Assembly: GCF_000341395.1 (NCBI RefSeq)
Contig: NC_020304.1
Span: forward strand, 2,760,001-2,792,000
Origin: Desulfocapsa sulfexigens DSM 10523
GTDB taxonomy: Bacteria > Desulfobacterota > Desulfobulbia > Desulfobulbales > Desulfocapsaceae
Direction: 5' to 3'
DNA: 32,000 nt
Within the stretch, counting starts at the first letter, position 1. The number at the start of each line of letters is the position of its first letter. Positions 28,168-32,000 of the stretch are shown here, piece by piece. The position numbers and the translations under genes were made by a program. The notes under the pieces are model-generated. The model did not search any database. It saw only the letters and a list, made by a program, of their open reading frames with translations, and was not told the origin of the DNA.

Positions 28168-28784
28168 ATATCGCGGTAAGTGGTGGCATGGGATCAGGGA
28201 AAAGCTTTGTTGCCAGCACTCTAGCGGAGTTACTTGGTGCAAATATCGTCAGTGCAGATATTCTTTGTCGTGAATTGCTTCAGCTTGGTAATCCTGGGTA
28301 TTTGCGGTTGCGGGAATGTCTTGGAGATACCTATTTTTCAATCGACGGCGAGATAGACAGAGCTGCTTTACGCAAATCTATTTTTTCAGATAGTGGGTTG
28401 CGTGCAGATGTTGATAAAATCCTGCATCCTCTGGTCCGTCAGAAGCTCCTTGACTGTGCAGCAGGTGCCACGAGGCAGAACGTTGACCTGGTGGTCGAAG
28501 TTCCTTTGCTTTTTGAAAAAGGGTGGCAGGAGGATTTTGACTGTACCCTTGTTGTCTATGCTGATGTCGATATTTGTGTGTCACGAATTGTGGCAAGAGA
28601 CCATGTGTCAAGAGAGGATGCCCTGAAGAGTATTTCGACTCAAATGCCACAGTCTGAAAAATGTAAACTCGGTGACTGGGTGGTTGATAACTCAGGTTCC
28701 TTTGAGGAAACTCGTGTAGCGTTGCGAAGGATAGTTGGTGAAATATCAGACTCTCCCTGTCTTTCTCGGGTAAAATCGGAATAA
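28164..28784 (+). CDS. coaE: Dephospho-CoA kinase, TTG start overlapping the upstream stop
   Basis: NIAVSGGMGSGKSFVASTLAELLGANIVSADILCREL, VVEVPLLFEKGWQEDFDCTLVVYAD. Confidence 0.93.
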   Translation: MNIAVSGGMGSGKSFVASTLAELLGANIVSADILCRELLQLGNPGYLRLRECLGDTYFSIDGEIDRAALRKSIFSDSGLRADVDKILHPLVRQKLLDCAAGATRQNVDLVVEVPLLFEKGWQEDFDCTLVVYADVDICVSRIVARDHVSREDALKSISTQMPQSEKCKLGDWVVDNSGSFEETRVALRRIVGEISDSPCLSRVKSE

Positions 28785-29221
28785 GGATGGAAAAGTCTTG
28801 ACAGCTATTTCCTGAAACCTTACTATACCGTCAATCAAACGATAATCCTCCCAGAGATTCTGATCCAAAAGAGAATACAGTAAATCATAGATAAAAACAT
28901 TTCAGTTCACATAACTGATCTACAACCAAAAGAGATTGTGCAATTCACACCCGTACAATCACGACTATTTAATCATTTCTTTATAATCCTGACTACTATT
29001 ATCACATTATTTGCCACCTGATAGAATGGGAATATATGGGCGATGGCTTCTTTGTCGTCTTGGGATTACCCAAATAATTGTGTTTGTAATTCGATAATAA
29101 AGTATTGATCAAAACTTTTAACTCGAATTGTTATCTTTATTGTGGCCTGTCTGGGAACACAATGAAACCGTACCATGCTGACTGCCTTGCCAAACAGCCC
29201 CAATATTGGAGAACTGAATTA

Positions 29222-30472
29222 ATGAATCTGGCTGACTTAAAACTGAAGAAAATTGTTGATCTTGTTAAGCTTGGGCGTAAGCTCAAGGTTGAAGGGGTGA
29301 ATACGCTGCGTAAGCAGGAACTTATTTTTGCCATCCTTCAGGCTCAGGCGGAAAAAGATGGAAATATGCGGGGGAATGGTGTTTTGGAAATTCTTCCCGA
29401 TGGTTTTGGGTTTCTTCGGGCACCGGATTATAATTATCTTCCCGGTCCGGATGATATCTATGTCTCTCCTTCTCAGATACGTCGCCTGGGGCTTCGTACC
29501 GGTGATACGATAGAAGGACTTGTAAGAGCTCCCAAGGATGGTGAACGGTATTTTGCGCTTTTGAAAGTTGAGGCCATTAATTTTGATTCTCCTGAGGCCT
29601 CAAAGAAAAAGACATTATTTGCTAACCTGACACCACTCCATCCTGAAGAAAAGTTTAGCCTAGAGTCAGAAGCTGATAACTATTCCATGCGTCTTATGGA
29701 TATGATGTGTCCCATTGGTAAGGGGCAGCGTGGTTTGATTGTTGCCCCCCCTCGAACAGGAAAAACGGTTCTTATTCAAAAACTTGCCAATGCCATCGCC
29801 AAGAATCATAAAGAGGTGTATCTTATTGTCCTCCTGATTGATGAGCGGCCTGAAGAAGTTACGGAAATGAAGAGAACAGTTCAGACCGCGGAAGTTGTCA
29901 GTTCCACTTTCGATGAGCCCCCTCAGCGACATATTCAGGTTGCTGAAATGGTGATTGAAAAGGCAAAAAGACTGGTAGAGCATAAGAAAGATGTTGTTAT
30001 TTTACTCGATAGTATTACTCGTCTGGCCAGAGCCTATAATACCGTTACACCCTCCAGTGGTAAAATCCTCTCAGGTGGTGTTGAAGCCAACGCCCTGCAT
30101 CGTCCGAAACGTTTTTTTGGTGCTGCCAGAAATATTGAAGAGGGAGGCAGTTTAACCATTATAGCCTCAGCTCTTATTGATACAGGTAGTCGTATGGATG
30201 AGGTTATCTTCGAAGAGTTCAAGGGAACTGGTAATATGGAAGTTGTCCTTGATAGAAAGATGTCAGACCGACGAGTGTATCCCGCCATTGATGTGAAAAA
30301 ATCCGGAACCCGAAAGGAAGATCTGCTTCTCGAGCCTGTTCTTTTAAATCGTGTCTGGATATTGAGGAAGCTGCTGGCTTCCATGAATCCTGCCAGTGGA
30401 ATGGAGTTTATTATTGATAAATTGAAGCAGCATGAGACAAACGCGGAATTTATTGATTCCATGAACAGCTGA
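29222..30472 (+). CDS. rho: Transcription termination factor Rho
   Basis: [103 protein letters not shown] at 29222 matches the usual N-terminus; the track start is 29105. Confidence 0.97.
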   Translation: MNLADLKLKKIVDLVKLGRKLKVEGVNTLRKQELIFAILQAQAEKDGNMRGNGVLEILPDGFGFLRAPDYNYLPGPDDIYVSPSQIRRLGLRTGDTIEGLVRAPKDGERYFALLKVEAINFDSPEASKKKTLFANLTPLHPEEKFSLESEADNYSMRLMDMMCPIGKGQRGLIVAPPRTGKTVLIQKLANAIAKNHKEVYLIVLLIDERPEEVTEMKRTVQTAEVVSSTFDEPPQRHIQVAEMVIEKAKRLVEHKKDVVILLDSITRLARAYNTVTPSSGKILSGGVEANALHRPKRFFGAARNIEEGGSLTIIASALIDTGSRMDEVIFEEFKGTGNMEVVLDRKMSDRRVYPAIDVKKSGTRKEDLLLEPVLLNRVWILRKLLASMNPASGMEFIIDKLKQHETNAEFIDSMNS

Positions 30473-30615
30473 TTGTAACCGCTGTTTCTTTTTTTATTGT
30501 ACTAATAGATGTTTTTGGTTGAAATTCTTATCTGGTTTTATTATTCTTTTACTCTTTTGAGATAAAAAACAAACGTGTGCCGAAAGGTCACTCCTCTTTT
30601 TAAGGAACATTAATT

Positions 30616-30831
30616 ATGAAAAGCGACATACATCCTGAATACCACAAAGTTACTGCCGTTTGTGGTTGTGGCAATACGGTTGAGCTGGGTTCTGTAAATG
30701 AAGAGATGGTTGTGGAAATCTGTTCTGCCTGCCATCCATTTTTCACTGGAAAGCAAAAACTGATTGATACCGCCGGACGGATTGAGAAATTCAAGAAACG
30801 CTACGCCAAGCATTACGAAACAAAGAAATAG
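30616..30831 (+). CDS. rpmE: 50S ribosomal protein L31, Cys-containing (zinc-binding) form
   Basis: [26 protein letters not shown]...[31 protein letters not shown], with CxC and CxxC pairs. AAGGAAC-like SD upstream. Confidence 0.97.
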   Translation: MKSDIHPEYHKVTAVCGCGNTVELGSVNEEMVVEICSACHPFFTGKQKLIDTAGRIEKFKKRYAKHYETKK

Positions 30832-31029
30832 AGACAACAGTTTGCTAGCTAGTGCTTTCGATTGTTTGTGTTGCATAGCCTGCTGGCTGGAGCATCACAA
30901 TCATACTCACGCTTAACAAGCACTTCTAACACTCACATTCCATTTCTGTTTTATGTTGATCCACAGTCTGTATAGCAGGTTGTGGATTTTCTGTTTTTAT
31001 TCAAATGTATTATTCCCAGGTATTCTTTC

Positions 31030-32000
31030 ATGATAGATAAACTTACTGACCTTGACGAAAAAATATCTCACCTCGAAGGAAGGCTTTCGGATCCGTCACT
31101 GATTTCTGACCAGAAAGCATACCAGAGAGTTGCGCAGGAACATTCTCATCTGACCAAACTCCAATCCTTATATGGCAAGCTCGACTTGGTTCTTGCTGAT
31201 ATAGCTGACAATCGAGAGCTTATTCAAGAGGGAGATGAAGATCCTGAATTACTCGAGCTTGCACGCGAAGAGATGGAAGAGCTTCTCGAAAAGGAAAAAA
31301 GCCTTGAGCAGGCAATCCTCATTTTGCTTTTACCAAAAGATCCAAATGATGAACGCAACACCTTTCTAGAGATTCGTGCAGGGACCGGTGGGGATGAAGC
31401 CGCACTTTTTGTCGGCGATCTCTTTCGTATGTATTCCCGTTACGCTGAATCCATGGGATGGAAGGTTGAGATTATGAGTTCTAGTCCTCTCGGGATAGGC
31501 GGCTTTAAGGAAATAATTGCGCTTATCAGTGGAGATGCTGTTTTTTCAAGACTCAAGTATGAGAGTGGGGTGCATCGTGTTCAGCGTGTCCCCGAAACAG
31601 AAACCCAGGGGCGTATTCATACCTCGGCTGTCACCGTTGCAATCCTGCCCGAAGCTGATGAGGTGGAACTCAATATTAATCCAAGCGAATTGAAATTTGA
31701 TGTTTACCGTGCTTCAGGTCCCGGTGGCCAGTCTGTTAATACCACTGATTCCGCTGTTCGTATTACTCATTTGCCCACAGGACTAGTGGTAACCTGTCAG
31801 GATGAGAAGTCGCAGCATAAGAACAAGGCCAAAGCTCTTACCGTTCTTCGGGCACGTCTTCTTGATAAGATGGAACAGGAGCACCATGATAAAATATCCG
31901 AATCAAGGCGGAGCCAGGTTGGAACAGGTGACCGAAGTGAACGTATTCGAACCTACAATTTCCCGCAGGGGAGAATGACCGACCATCGAATCAATCTGAC
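31030..32000 (+). CDS. prfA: Peptide chain release factor 1, 3' truncated by the window
   Basis: ATG at 31030 ([28 protein letters not shown]...), [57 protein letters not shown]. Absent from the supplied track because there is no stop codon in the window. Confidence 0.95.
   Translation, partial: MIDKLTDLDEKISHLEGRLSDPSLISDQKAYQRVAQEHSHLTKLQSLYGKLDLVLADIADNRELIQEGDEDPELLELAREEMEELLEKEKSLEQAILILLLPKDPNDERNTFLEIRAGTGGDEAALFVGDLFRMYSRYAESMGWKVEIMSSSPLGIGGFKEIIALISGDAVFSRLKYESGVHRVQRVPETETQGRIHTSAVTVAILPEADEVELNINPSELKFDVYRASGPGGQSVNTTDSAVRITHLPTGLVVTCQDEKSQHKNKAKALTVLRARLLDKMEQEHHDKISESRRSQVGTGDRSERIRTYNFPQGRMTDHRINL

Noticed and set aside
29200-29209. CCAATATTGG palindrome just before rho
   Set aside because: A single 10-bp palindrome in AT-rich DNA is expected by chance and has no second copy that I noticed.
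1-32000. CRISPR arrays, transposases, integrases, phage genes, toxin-antitoxin or retron-like elements
   Set aside because: I saw no direct repeat arrays and no diagnostic protein motifs. Almost all the sequence is accounted for by housekeeping or glycan genes.

Overview
Ordinary chromosomal window. The gene content suggests a Desulfobulbales-like deltaproteobacterial sulfate reducer, but that is an inference only. The left part (1-13162, all + strand) is a surface-glycan or exopolysaccharide type locus. It holds an LPG-synthase-like/AglD-type membrane protein (truncated by the window edge), two left-handed beta-helix acyltransferases, a TolC-like protein, a periplasmic adaptor, a LolD/MacB-like ATPase, a MacB/FtsX-like permease, an unrecognised secreted or anchored protein, four family-2 glycosyltransferases and a WbaP-like polyprenyl glycosylphosphotransferase. 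The remainder is mostly housekeeping: CooC-like ATPase (-), Bax-inhibitor-1 family protein, coaBC, MFS transporter, glnS and gltX (-), serA, DUF1844 protein, ispE, tRNA-Gln(TTG), prs, rplY/ctc, pth, carD-like, rluD-like, coaE, rho, rpmE and prfA (truncated by the right edge). I found no CRISPR array, transposase, prophage, toxin-antitoxin or recognisable defence system. The most useful second looks are the glycan/tripartite-exporter locus with its unidentified protein at 7114-7803, a possible 35-codon leader ORF upstream of serA, the 10-nt overlap of ispE with tRNA-Gln, and a CooC-like gene with no CODH gene in view. I found nothing that clearly demonstrates an undescribed system.
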